Source: Candidatus Latescibacterota bacterium (GTDB taxonomy: Bacteria > Latescibacterota > UBA2968 > UBA8231). From it: a DNA stretch of 64,000 nucleotides. The stretch spans positions 2,976,001 through 3,040,000 of the forward strand of contig OZ242214.1 of assembly GCA_965206595.1 (NCBI GenBank). Direction: 5' to 3'. Positions 45,801 to 54,726 of the stretch are shown in pieces. Under the pieces are notes generated by a model. It made no database searches and had not been told where the DNA came from. It was given only the letters and a program-made list of their open reading frames with translations. The position numbers were made by a program, and so were the translations under genes. The first letter of the stretch is position 1. Each line of letters begins with the position of its first letter.

Positions 45801-48429
45801 GGACCGGGTTGCTACGGTGTCATTTTCGCCAGACGGCTCGCTCCTGGTTTCGGCCGGGGGATGGGATGATCCCACGGTCCGGCTGTGGGACGCGGCCACA
45901 CAGGCACAGGTTGCCACGCTAAGAGGGCATACCAGCGAAATCCGTTCGGTGGCGTTCTCTTCCCCCGACGGCAACACCCTGGCTTCGGGGTCGGCGGACC
46001 GCACGGTCCGGCTGTGGAACGTGGCGACCCAGACGGAGGTGGCCACCCTGCAGGAGCATAGGGGTGCGGTCCATTCGGTGACGTTTTCTCGCGATGGCGC
46101 CACCCTCATCTCGGGGTCGGCGGACGGCAGGGTACTGCTGCGGGATTTGGAGACGGGCAACGTCGCCGGTCTCTCCGGTCATGAGCGCTTGTCTTCGATG
46201 GCATTTTCCCGTGATGGGGCCACCCTCGCCTCCGGGACCGCGGACGGCACAGTCAGGCTGTGGGACACGGAGACCCAAACACAGATTGCCAGGCTGGAAG
46301 GGCCCACTGGTTGGGTCTATTCGATGGCGTTTTCCCCCGACGGCCTCCATCTGGCTTCCGGATCATGGCGCACGATCACGTTGTGGGACCTGGCGAATCG
46401 GGAAATGATCGCCACCTTCGAAGGGCACAGCGGTGACGTGCGATCGGTTGCCTTTTCTTCTCCCGACGGCGCCACCCTGGCTTCCGCAGGGGGGCGGAAT
46501 GATGCCAGGGTGAGACTGTGGAACGTGGCGACACGCACAGAGATCGCCACTCTGGAAGGGCATACCGGGGGGATCTATTCGGTGGCGTTTTCTCCGGACG
46601 GCGCCACCCTGGCTTCGGCAGGAGACCATCAAGACAACACAGTCAGGCTGTGGGACGTGGCGGCACGGACAGAGATCGCCACCCTCGAAGGGCATACCGA
46701 TGGGATCTTTTCAGTGGCGTTTTCTCCGGACGGCGCCACCCTGGCTTCGGCAGGGGTGTGGGATCGGACGGTCAGGCTGTGGGACGTGAAAACTCGTACG
46801 CACATCGCTACCCTGGGAGGGCATACGGGTGCGGTCAATTCGGTGTCGTTCTCGCCTGACGGCGCAACCCTGGCTTCCGGGTTGTCGGACGGAACGATGC
46901 TGCTATGGAACGTGGCGACGAAGGGAAGAACTGCCACCCTGGAGGGGCACACAGGTTGGGTCCATTACGTTGGGTTTTCCGGCGACGGCACCACCCTGGC
47001 CTCCGGGGCCAGGGATGGCACGATGCTGCTGTGGGATATGGAGTTTCTGCAATCCCGGCCCCATACCCTGACCAGGATCTCCGGCGTTGAGCAGCAAGGG
47101 CCGGTCGATGCGGCGTTACCCCAGCCGTTTGTCGTTTTGGTGCGGGATCAGAACGGGAATCCAGTGGCAGGTGCGACCGTCACCTTCGCGGTCACCGCCG
47201 GCGGAGGGACGCTGACCGCAGAGACCGCAACCACCGATGCAAACGGGCGCGCCGCCACCACCCTGACCCTGGGCCCCGATCCAGGACCGAACACCGTGAC
47301 GGCGGCCGTGGCCGGGCTGGACCCGGTGACCTTTTCCGCGGCCGGGTCAGCGACTCCCCATACCCTGACGAAGCTCTCCGGCCACGACCAGCAGGGAGCG
47401 GCAGGCGCCGCCTTGCCCGAACCGTTTGTCGTCGAGGTCAGAGATCAGAAGGGCCAGCCGCTCGAGGGCGCCCAGGTCACCTTCGCGGTCTCCGCCGGCG
47501 GGGGGACCCTGTCGGTAACCACCGTCACCACCGATGCCAACGGCCGCGCCGCCACCACCCTGACCCTGGGCCGCGATCCCGGGAGAAATACCGTAGTCGC
47601 AAGGGTCGCCGAGCTGAAGCCGGTGATCTTCAGCGCCACCGGACTGGCGATTCCCACGACCCTGACCAGGGTCTCCGGCGACGATCAGCAGGGACCTGCC
47701 GGAGCCGCGCTGGCCGAGCCGTTTCTGGTCGAAGTGAGAGATCAGAACGGCGATCCACTCGAAGGCGCCCAAGTCACCTTCGCGGTCACTGCCGGCGAGG
47801 GGATGCTTTCGGCTGCCACCGCCACCACCGATGCCAACGGCCGTGCCGCCACCACCCTGACCCTGGGCCGCGAACCGGAGACCGTCACCGTGGTGGCGAC
47901 CGTGGCCGGACTCGAACCAGTCACCTTCACCGCCACCGCGGAAGCCACCCCCGACTTCGACGGCGACGGCGAGACCGGCTTCTCCGACTTCTTCCTGTTC
48001 GCCGACGCCTTCGGCGGCAGCGACCCCCGCTTCGACCTCGACGGCAGCGGCAGCGTCGACTTCGGCGACTTCTTCCTCTTCGCCGACCACTTCGGGGACC
48101 CGGCCCGCGGCAAGCTGCTGGCGCTGGCGCGGGAGATGATCGGACTGCCGGACGGGCCGCAGCTGCAGCAGAACGCCCCCAACCCCTTCAACAACGAGAC
48201 CGTCATCTCCTGGTTCCTGCTGCGCCCGGGTGCGGCCCGGGTGGAGGTGTTCTCCCTGACCGGACAGCGGGTGGCGGTGCTGCACCAGGGGCCGGAGAAG
48301 GCGGGTGTCCACCGCGTGCACTGGGACGGCCGCGACGGTCAGGGCCGGCCGCTTGCCAGCGGTGTCTACCTGTACCGGCTGGTCACTGCCGAGCGCGTCC
48401 ACACGCGCAAGCTCACCTTGCTGCGATGA
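42889..48429 (+). CDS. Exported metallopeptidase + multiple WD40 propellers + four Big_1-like Ig domains + dockerin-like + sorting tail
   Basis: HELGHTFGLYHD...IMSYG; about 20 WD40 repeats; 'SG..QQG..GA.L..PF.V.VRDQ' Ig repeats; 480-nt tail. Start codon uncertain (42868 or 42889). Confidence 0.9.
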   Translation: MKHSPKKAFVLHSAFFAIASFTLLRPPAAHASPPPADSVHFCAFDHEQWRRDHPRPAAKRLADLNVGEPRTVRMIYFLPNDWPYRAVVVDSMKTVIKQSQSFYAEQMQAHGYGDWTFRIETDAQDEPLVHHVDGQHPFSHYDNTLGTAVVAELEQTFDLDANIYFIVLGTDALRQGNGQPAGGVGSRRTKNGGHLVVPDRFGFFTVTHELGHTFGLYHDFRDNRFIMSYGFDQRGVLSACAAEFLSVHTYFNSAIPIAEGQPPTVEIISSTRYQPGTTSVPVQLQVRDSEGLHQVSLIGNAKPCRGLAGEGDAVVEFDYDGSFWAGGFTNLSDQPRHHMLIVAVDGKGNVSETNSFLTEISPYKIATLRAHMDWVNAVAFSSDGTLASGSGSYELNDASVRLWDVESRKEIAILDEYTSAVTSVAFSRDGTLASVSFFDGIKLWDVVLRKEIATLKGRSPVAISPDGSLLASPSESGDHTIKLWDMRTRREIATFVGHTRQINALAFSPDGTLLASGSGEDDSPDKEDLTVRLWDVAAQTEVATLRGHSDGVWAVAFSSNGTLLASGGGWNDSTVKLWDVATQTEVATLRGHSFGVRGVAFPPDGAILASGAGDFTVRLWDMGSLKEVATFIEHTWTVKSVAFSPDRTTLASGSMDSTVILWDVSEWTGPRPFALEIISGDGQQGAPGAVLPHPLVVEVRDQYGDLLPEATVTFTVTAGEGKLSGRYSVEHTTTDADGRAELTLTLGPNPGPNIVGVSLGGRELETFHAKGVGTAVAELEGDYRTWHLPEGATVRLGKGALGESDRAVALSADGRCLAVASAIGVWLYEAATSRALALLPTESAVHSVAFSLDGTLAAGLDNGQVELWEVETGERIGTLRHANWGGVTVTFSPDGTRLASGSLEQVIKVWDIETRRVAGTWEVARDSDSYWDIPVAFSPDGSRLLSGFQDGTVRLWDVATQTEVVTLEGHTDRVATVSFSPDGSLLVSAGGWDDPTVRLWDAATQAQVATLRGHTSEIRSVAFSSPDGNTLASGSADRTVRLWNVATQTEVATLQEHRGAVHSVTFSRDGATLISGSADGRVLLRDLETGNVAGLSGHERLSSMAFSRDGATLASGTADGTVRLWDTETQTQIARLEGPTGWVYSMAFSPDGLHLASGSWRTITLWDLANREMIATFEGHSGDVRSVAFSSPDGATLASAGGRNDARVRLWNVATRTEIATLEGHTGGIYSVAFSPDGATLASAGDHQDNTVRLWDVAARTEIATLEGHTDGIFSVAFSPDGATLASAGVWDRTVRLWDVKTRTHIATLGGHTGAVNSVSFSPDGATLASGLSDGTMLLWNVATKGRTATLEGHTGWVHYVGFSGDGTTLASGARDGTMLLWDMEFLQSRPHTLTRISGVEQQGPVDAALPQPFVVLVRDQNGNPVAGATVTFAVTAGGGTLTAETATTDANGRAATTLTLGPDPGPNTVTAAVAGLDPVTFSAAGSATPHTLTKLSGHDQQGAAGAALPEPFVVEVRDQKGQPLEGAQVTFAVSAGGGTLSVTTVTTDANGRAATTLTLGRDPGRNTVVARVAELKPVIFSATGLAIPTTLTRVSGDDQQGPAGAALAEPFLVEVRDQNGDPLEGAQVTFAVTAGEGMLSAATATTDANGRAATTLTLGREPETVTVVATVAGLEPVTFTATAEATPDFDGDGETGFSDFFLFADAFGGSDPRFDLDGSGSVDFGDFFLFADHFGDPARGKLLALAREMIGLPDGPQLQQNAPNPFNNETVISWFLLRPGAARVEVFSLTGQRVAVLHQGPEKAGVHRVHWDGRDGQGRPLASGVYLYRLVTAERVHTRKLTLLR

Positions 48430-48579
48430 TTTGCCGGGATCCGGGGGTGGTTTGCCCTATCTTTTATTCCATGGTTCATATAATTTTGGAATTTTGGTAT
48501 CACTGTAATTTTTTCGTGGCCTTTTTTCAGTGCTTCCGCTCTGAAGAACGCCCCGACTCACCAAAGAACGGAGAGTGCT

Positions 48580-49617
48580 ATGCTGGGGTTTATCCTGCTC
48601 GTTTGCCTTACCGCTTTTTTAGTGACTTCTCCGGTTTCCGCCCAACAGAAAGCCCCTCCGGCCCCTGAGACCGAACATCCTGCCCCGTCTTTGCAGGCCG
48701 TTGAGCCGGTAACCGCCCCGGCGGCCTGCCTGGTTGGTGAACATTCCGGTTTCCCGGAAGCCGACGCGCGGACCGCGGCCCTTCTCGTTTGCGGCGAGCT
48801 GAGCAAGCAGGGCATACCGGTCAGCGAGCCCGTTTTCCGTGCGCCGGACGCGGGGGGTATCTATCGGTTGGGTTTGCACCGCCTGGGGCAAAAGATCCTG
48901 GTTCGCCTGAGTCATGAGTACCCCGCCGGGACGGTCATTGTCGAGCGGCAGATCCAGTTGGGAAATATCGAAGAAATGATCTCGGCGGCGCCGCGATTGG
49001 TCGATGCCCTCGTCCACCGAAAATCGCTCGCTTCCACGGTCGACATGGAGAACGTCGTCGAAGAGGAGGCTCGCAGGCACCGGAAAATACCCGGTGAATC
49101 TCTTTGGGATATAGGACTCCTCGGGACCTTCGCCCTCATCACGGACGCGGACATGATAGCCAAGCCGGGCTACAGGCTCGGGTGGTTTCACGAGACACCA
49201 TCCTATGCCGCGGGAACCGAGTTCTGGGGTGCCGGTGGAGAGGACGATGAGGGCGACAGCTTTCACTTCTTCTGTTGGGGAATCGGCGGTCGCTACTTCT
49301 TCAACAAGCAGAACTTCTCGCCGTATGTGGGCGGTGGCTTCTCCCATGTCTGGGCCGGTTATGAACAAACAGAACCAAGGTGGAATTCGAGATGGGAGAG
49401 GTGGGAAGAGGAACGGGAATCCGAAGATGGAAACGGCCTGGGGGGTTATGTCGTCGGTGGAATAGAAGCCATGCGTCTCACCAGTGTTCGCATGAGGCTC
49501 GAATTGCGTGTGGATCGGCCCTTCTTTCAGCTGCAAACCCGGGACGTGATGCCGGTGACACTGGGTGTTTCCTTTTCTTTCCGCGGAGGAGGAGGAGTCG
49601 GAGGGATGTGGTTTTGA
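48580..49617 (+). CDS. Exported protein with C-terminal outer-membrane beta-barrel
   Basis: Signal peptide related to those at 14340 and 60090; alternating beta strands 'GGRYFFNKQNFSPYVGGG'; terminal Phe. Confidence 0.7.
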   Translation: MLGFILLVCLTAFLVTSPVSAQQKAPPAPETEHPAPSLQAVEPVTAPAACLVGEHSGFPEADARTAALLVCGELSKQGIPVSEPVFRAPDAGGIYRLGLHRLGQKILVRLSHEYPAGTVIVERQIQLGNIEEMISAAPRLVDALVHRKSLASTVDMENVVEEEARRHRKIPGESLWDIGLLGTFALITDADMIAKPGYRLGWFHETPSYAAGTEFWGAGGEDDEGDSFHFFCWGIGGRYFFNKQNFSPYVGGGFSHVWAGYEQTEPRWNSRWERWEEERESEDGNGLGGYVVGGIEAMRLTSVRMRLELRVDRPFFQLQTRDVMPVTLGVSFSFRGGGGVGGMWF

Positions 49618-50189
49618 AACCGGTTCCGGTATCCGCATTCCTGATCTGCTGTGTTCTGGCCTGGTCGGCCGCAGCCGAGACGCAAACGGGCCATTCGGCT
49701 TCCCTGGCCTACGACCGGGCGTTGCTGCAGGGGGCGACGCGTTTCGGGGCGCTGGAGCTGGCTTTTCCCAAGGCGTGCGCAGCTTTTCCCGACAGCCTGC
49801 GGCAGGCGGCTGAGGATGGGGCCCATCAGGCCAATCGGCACGGGTTTCAATACCGAATCGAGCACTTCTGCGGCTTCGCGGAGGGGCACACTCTGGTTCT
49901 CAGTCGCATCGTCGATCAGAAGCCGTCCGCGGACTTCGCCTACCTTGCGGGGTACGAGCCGGTGGAGCCCCGTTCCGAGGACGACTATTTGCAGGTGCGA
50001 TCCATGAATTCGGGGGCGGTAGCGCTCCGGGAGTACTCTTTTGTGCGCTCGGGCTTTATCGTCAGGCAGGTCTTCGTCCAGACCCCCGTGGCAGTGTACC
50101 AGCTGGACGTACTCATCCGGAAAGCGTGGACCGGGGTCATGATCAAGACTTACGAGTCCGTGCTTTCTTCCATTCACATCACTCCCTGA
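49614..50189 (+). CDS. Hypothetical exported protein
   Basis: TTG overlapping the previous stop; signal peptide 'FLICCVLAWSAAA'. Confidence 0.6.
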   Translation: MKPVPVSAFLICCVLAWSAAAETQTGHSASLAYDRALLQGATRFGALELAFPKACAAFPDSLRQAAEDGAHQANRHGFQYRIEHFCGFAEGHTLVLSRIVDQKPSADFAYLAGYEPVEPRSEDDYLQVRSMNSGAVALREYSFVRSGFIVRQVFVQTPVAVYQLDVLIRKAWTGVMIKTYESVLSSIHITP

Positions 50190-50200
50190 TGAGGGATACC

Positions 50201-50485
50201 ATGAAGAAGAAGCTGATCGCCCCGCTGCTGCTGGCTGTTTTCGTCCTGGCCGGCTGCGCCGCCCACATGCACGTGGTGGGCGAGGGAGCGCAAGGGACGG
50301 AAGTGGTAGCCGCACGGCAGTTCTACGTCATCAGCCTGGCGCCGCTCAACGAGGTGGATACGCGCGCCATGGCCGGCGGAGCCGAGGATTACACCATCAA
50401 GACAGCGGCCGGTTTCGTCGACATAGTCATCGCGACGGTCACTGGGGGGATCATCACGTCCCGCAAGGTGGTCGTGGAGAAATAG
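50201..50485 (+). CDS. Bor/Iss-family lipoprotein
   Basis: MKKKLIAPLLLAVFVLAGC lipobox; 94 aa; 'VDT..MAGGAEDYTIKT..GFVD......TGGIITSR.V.V' Bor-like pattern. Confidence 0.75.
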   Translation: MKKKLIAPLLLAVFVLAGCAAHMHVVGEGAQGTEVVAARQFYVISLAPLNEVDTRAMAGGAEDYTIKTAAGFVDIVIATVTGGIITSRKVVVEK

Positions 50486-50506
50486 CCGGACGATGGCGCC
50501 GGTTGT

Positions 50507-50534
50507 GCCGGGCCCTGGGTGACCAGGGCCCGGC
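50507..50534. terminator. Perfect 12-bp GC stem with GTGA (GNRA) loop
   Basis: gccgggccctgg-gtga-ccagggcccggc, 21 nt after the Bor stop; no U-tract. Confidence 0.5.
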
Positions 50535-50747
50535 TGGAGTGTGCGGACGAAACAGGCCCTGGATCCGGAGCCGTAGCGGCGAAAGCCCCAGGTGGAGCAA
50601 GAGGACCACGGTGTTTCTACACAAGCATCGACCATTCGTATCCCACGCCCGGTCCGGGGCCGGTCCGTGCGGCCTCGCCTGCTGTCTGCCCCCCACCCCA
50701 GGCAGGCAGCCCAAATGGACTTTTCAACGGGTGGTCAGGAGCGCGAG

Positions 50748-51569
50748 ATGGCAGATAAGAAAAAGGGAGATTCCTCCAAATCCTCCGGCAAGGGCAAGTT
50801 GAGCCGGGAGGGTTACGAGAAGGAGCTGGTCAAACTCCAGATCGAGCTGGCCAAACTGCAGGAATGGATACGCCACGAGGGCCTGAAGGTGATCGTCATC
50901 TTCGAGGGCCGCGACGCCGCCGGCAAGGGGGGCGTCATCCGGCGCATCACCGAGTCGCTCAACCCCCGCATCTGCCGGGTCGTCGCCCTCGGCACCCCCA
51001 CGGAACGCCAGAAGACGCAGTGGTACTTCCAGCGCTACGTCGAGGAGCTTCCGGCCGCGGGTGAGATGGTTCTCTTCGACCGCAGCTGGTACAATCGCGC
51101 CGGTGTCGAGCGGGTGATGGGTTTTTGCACGGAAACAGAAGTGCAGGAATTCTTCCGCACCTGTCCCGAATTCGAGCGCATGCTGGTGCGCTCGGGAATC
51201 ATCCTGATCAAGTACTGGTTCTCCGTTTCCGAGGAGGAGCAGGGACGGCGTTTCAAACAGCGCATCTCCGATCCGACGCGGCGCTGGAAGCTCAGCGGCA
51301 TGGATCTGGAAGCGCGCACCCACTGGGTCGACTACTCGCGCGCCAAGGACGACATGTTCCGCCATACCGACATCAAGCAGGCGCCCTGGTACGTCGTCGA
51401 CGCCAACGACAAGCGCCGCGCCCGCCTCAACTGCATTTCCCACCTGCTGAGCATGATCCCTTACAGGAACGTGCTGCCGGACAAGCTCGAGCTCCCGCCC
51501 ATGCAGCAGGACGACAGTTACGTGCGCCCGCCGGTCGATGAGCAGACCTTCCTGCCCGAGCTGTACTGA
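50748..51569 (+). CDS. ppk2: Polyphosphate kinase 2
   Basis: FEGRDAAGKGG Walker A; FDRSWYNRAGVERVMGFC; WKLS.MD. Confidence 0.96.
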   Translation: MADKKKGDSSKSSGKGKLSREGYEKELVKLQIELAKLQEWIRHEGLKVIVIFEGRDAAGKGGVIRRITESLNPRICRVVALGTPTERQKTQWYFQRYVEELPAAGEMVLFDRSWYNRAGVERVMGFCTETEVQEFFRTCPEFERMLVRSGIILIKYWFSVSEEEQGRRFKQRISDPTRRWKLSGMDLEARTHWVDYSRAKDDMFRHTDIKQAPWYVVDANDKRRARLNCISHLLSMIPYRNVLPDKLELPPMQQDDSYVRPPVDEQTFLPELY

Positions 51570-51610
51570 GCAGCCCGATCAGCAAGGAAGACCGATGGCC
51601 AAAACCAGAG

Positions 51611-52990
51611 ATGCAGGAATCGCAGTTTAATATGGTTCTTCGAGCACTCATCCTTGCCCTGATGTTGACGGCGCTGGCTGCGTCGGCAGTCGGACAAGCT
51701 TTCCCCACCGCATCAGCAGAGACTGACACCGGCGAGGTCTACGAGACCAGGCACAGTCACGTTCTCGCCTTCCCGAAATACGTGTGGAATGCCCTGACCT
51801 ACCCGGTCGGGCAGCTCACCATCCGGGCCGAACACAAAGGTCTGTTCGCCAACCGATCGGGTAGAGAGCCGAAGACCTTCGGCCTGCTTCCTTATGGAGT
51901 TCTCGGTGGAGAAATGGGAGGCAACCTTGGTGGGGAGACCGGAATTGCTGGTGGGTTCACCATGTTCCATTCCAATTTGTTCGGGCGTGGAAACGGATTC
52001 TCCGCACGTTTGATCGCCAACCGCTCCAATTTCAGCGGGCACGTCCGTTTTGAAGACCCGGGGATCGGCGGCGGTCCATGGTACTGGAATGCGTCTGTCG
52101 AAGCGCTGGATACGAGGAACAAGGGGGCCACCATCAACGGCCGACTGCGTGGTTCCGGGTCGCGGCTCGATTACAAGCAGCGCGACTCGAGGATTACCCT
52201 CGGGCGCCATTCCAATTACGGCGAAACCGAAGGCTATGAACCGGATACCATTGTGGAACTCCGGCTGTCTCACGGCTTCCGCCAGTTTGACGATATCGAC
52301 CGCCTGCCCAGCGACATTGTCGGGGCGAACGAGGCCATCAACCTGTTCTCCGTAGGCGGCCGGGTGGCCTTCGACGACCGGGACTTCAAGCCCCCGACCG
52401 CCTCGATCAGCCACCCCCTGAACTACCAGCTGCCCGGGCGGGTCCTGCTTTTCGCGGAGGGTCTTTACTACAGCTTTCGCGACACCGCCTTCCCCGAGCA
52501 CGGCGGACTCGCCCGGATCGAGGCCGATTACGTAGCCGGCTCCGGGAACGTTCGGTACCTCCACTACGCAGCCGGGCTCCAACGCTTCTTCACCCTTTTT
52601 TTCAAAAACCGGATTCTTGCCTTGCGGGCCAGGCTCGACAAGACACACGCCCTGGGAGACGACAGCATCATCCCGTATTCGGACCTGGCCACCCTAGGCG
52701 GCACTCACCGGTTGCGAGGGTACCGGCGGGGTTCCTTCCGCGGCGAAGGCACCCTGCTGTTCAGCGCCGAATACCGCTACCCGATCCGGGACACCTGGAA
52801 CGCCTTCCTGTTCTGGGACGAAGGGCAAGTCTTTGACCAGTACGGAGACCTCGGACTGAACCAGTTCGAGTACAGTTTCGGGGCCGGCATCAGCGTGCGC
52901 ACGGAGCGCGCCTTCTTGTTCGGGTTGCGCATCGCCCGCAGCAAGGAGGAGGAGGCATCGGCCGGCTTCTCGCTGGAGAAGGAGTTCTGA
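51611..52990 (+). CDS. Omp85 (BamA/TamA-family) beta-barrel lacking recognisable POTRA domains
   Basis: 'LGGTHRLRGYRRGSFRG...SAEYRYPI...FWDEGQV...SFGAGI' Omp85 motifs; terminal Phe; start may be 51632. Confidence 0.82.
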   Translation: MQESQFNMVLRALILALMLTALAASAVGQAFPTASAETDTGEVYETRHSHVLAFPKYVWNALTYPVGQLTIRAEHKGLFANRSGREPKTFGLLPYGVLGGEMGGNLGGETGIAGGFTMFHSNLFGRGNGFSARLIANRSNFSGHVRFEDPGIGGGPWYWNASVEALDTRNKGATINGRLRGSGSRLDYKQRDSRITLGRHSNYGETEGYEPDTIVELRLSHGFRQFDDIDRLPSDIVGANEAINLFSVGGRVAFDDRDFKPPTASISHPLNYQLPGRVLLFAEGLYYSFRDTAFPEHGGLARIEADYVAGSGNVRYLHYAAGLQRFFTLFFKNRILALRARLDKTHALGDDSIIPYSDLATLGGTHRLRGYRRGSFRGEGTLLFSAEYRYPIRDTWNAFLFWDEGQVFDQYGDLGLNQFEYSFGAGISVRTERAFLFGLRIARSKEEEASAGFSLEKEF

Positions 52991-53126
52991 TGAGTTCCCT
53001 GCTGACTGCCCTTTCGGGTCCACTGGCCCTTGGCCGGTTGTCCACACTTTTTTCCCTTCCGCGTGCATCGCCCACTTCCGGTAGACCGCCTGACACTATC
53101 CACCCTCGCCAGAAAACGGTTCGCTC

Positions 53127-54593
53127 GTGAAAACCATCTTCATCATCCTCGACTCCCTGAACCGCCACTACCTCCCCAGCTACGGCCCCTCCTGGGTGCA
53201 CACCCCCAACATCGACCGTCTGGCGCGGCGGGGGCTGGTGTTCGACCGCCACTACAGCTGCTCCCTGCCCTGCATGCCGGCGCGGCGCGACCTGTACACA
53301 GGGCACGCCGGTTTCCTCGAGACGCCCTGGAGCCCGCTGCAGCCCTGGGACGACACCCTGCAGGCGGAGCTGCGGCGCCAGCGGCAGACCTACAGCCACC
53401 TCATCACCGACCACTACCACTACTTCCACAGCGGCGGCGAATTCTACCACGTCCAGTTCGACAGCTGGGAGTTCGTGCGCGGCCAGGAGCGGGACGTGTG
53501 GCGGCCCCTGGTCGACCTGCCGCCGCCGCCGCCCCACCTCGGCAAGTCGCAGCGCGGGTACTGGGCCAACCGCACCTTCGCCGAAACCGAGAACGACGAG
53601 GACTACCCCACCCCGCAGTGCTTCGCCCGCGCCATCGAGTTCCTCGACGCCAACCACGGCGCCGACAACTGGCATCTGCACCTCGAGTGCTTCGACCCGC
53701 ACGAGCCCTTCGCCTGCCCTGCGAAGTACCGCGAGCTCTACGACGACACCTGGGACGGCGAGCACTTCGACTGGCCGGAGTATGCGCCGGTGAGCGAGAG
53801 CCCCGAGGCGGTCGAGCATATCCGCAAGGCGTACGCCGGCACCCTGACCATGGCCGACGCCTGGCTCGGCAGGTTCCTCGACCGGATGGACGAACTGAAC
53901 ATGTGGGAGGATACCGCGGTCGTCATCAGCACCGATCACGGGCATCTGCTCGGCGAGCACGGGTACTGGGCCAAGAACTACATGCTCGACTACGAGGAGC
54001 TGGTGCACATACCCCTCATCGTCTGCGCTCCCGGGATCGGGCACCGGCGCGTGCCGGCGCTGACCTCGGCTCTCGATCTGATGCCGACCTTCATGGAGCT
54101 GCACCGCGGGGAGCTGCCGCCGAACGTGCAGGGACGCTCCCTCTGCCACCTGCTGCAGGGGGATGAAAGCCACCACGACGCCGTGCTCTTCGGCTACTTC
54201 GGCAAGGACATCAACCTCACCGACGGCCACTACAGCTACTGCCGGCAGCCGCTGCCCGGCTCCTTCGCCTACAACCACGCCGCGGTCCTGTGCACCTCAC
54301 CCGACCCCGGCAGGATGGGCAATCCCCTGCACCAGCGGGAAGAGCTCGCCGCGGCGGAGCACGGCCTGTTTCTGCCGCACACCTGCGGCATTCCCCACCT
54401 GCGCCTGAAGACGCCGTCGCACCGGCACCACAACGCCCCCGACTTCAACCCGATCTACGATCTCGAGGCCGACCCGCGGCAGGAGAGCCCGGTCCGGGAC
54501 GGCCGGCTGGAGGAGGAGCTGGCCGGGAAGATGAGGGAGCTGCTGCGGCGCTACGGGGCCCCGGAAAGCGAGTTCCGGCGGGTGGGGCTGTAG
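53127..54593 (+). CDS. Formylglycine-dependent sulfatase
   Basis: 'IILDSLNR', CMPAR (CxPxR), 'FDPHEP', 'STDHG'. Confidence 0.93.
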   Translation: MKTIFIILDSLNRHYLPSYGPSWVHTPNIDRLARRGLVFDRHYSCSLPCMPARRDLYTGHAGFLETPWSPLQPWDDTLQAELRRQRQTYSHLITDHYHYFHSGGEFYHVQFDSWEFVRGQERDVWRPLVDLPPPPPHLGKSQRGYWANRTFAETENDEDYPTPQCFARAIEFLDANHGADNWHLHLECFDPHEPFACPAKYRELYDDTWDGEHFDWPEYAPVSESPEAVEHIRKAYAGTLTMADAWLGRFLDRMDELNMWEDTAVVISTDHGHLLGEHGYWAKNYMLDYEELVHIPLIVCAPGIGHRRVPALTSALDLMPTFMELHRGELPPNVQGRSLCHLLQGDESHHDAVLFGYFGKDINLTDGHYSYCRQPLPGSFAYNHAAVLCTSPDPGRMGNPLHQREELAAAEHGLFLPHTCGIPHLRLKTPSHRHHNAPDFNPIYDLEADPRQESPVRDGRLEEELAGKMRELLRRYGAPESEFRRVGL

Positions 54594-54726
54594 CGGGCGG
54601 GGATACAAGTGGCTGGGTCCGCCACTTCAGAAAGCATCTCCTGACGAAACCTTATCTTAGAAGATTGCTTTCGAAACCAGGGGCACTGGTATTCCGGAGA
54701 ATTCCCCACATACAGTTAGAGGATTG

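Noticed and set aside
8145-48429. Diversity-generating retroelement or shufflon behind the variation
   Set aside because: No reverse transcriptase or recombinase; no template/variable repeat pair differing only at adenines was noticed; all genes are co-oriented, with no inverted cassettes.
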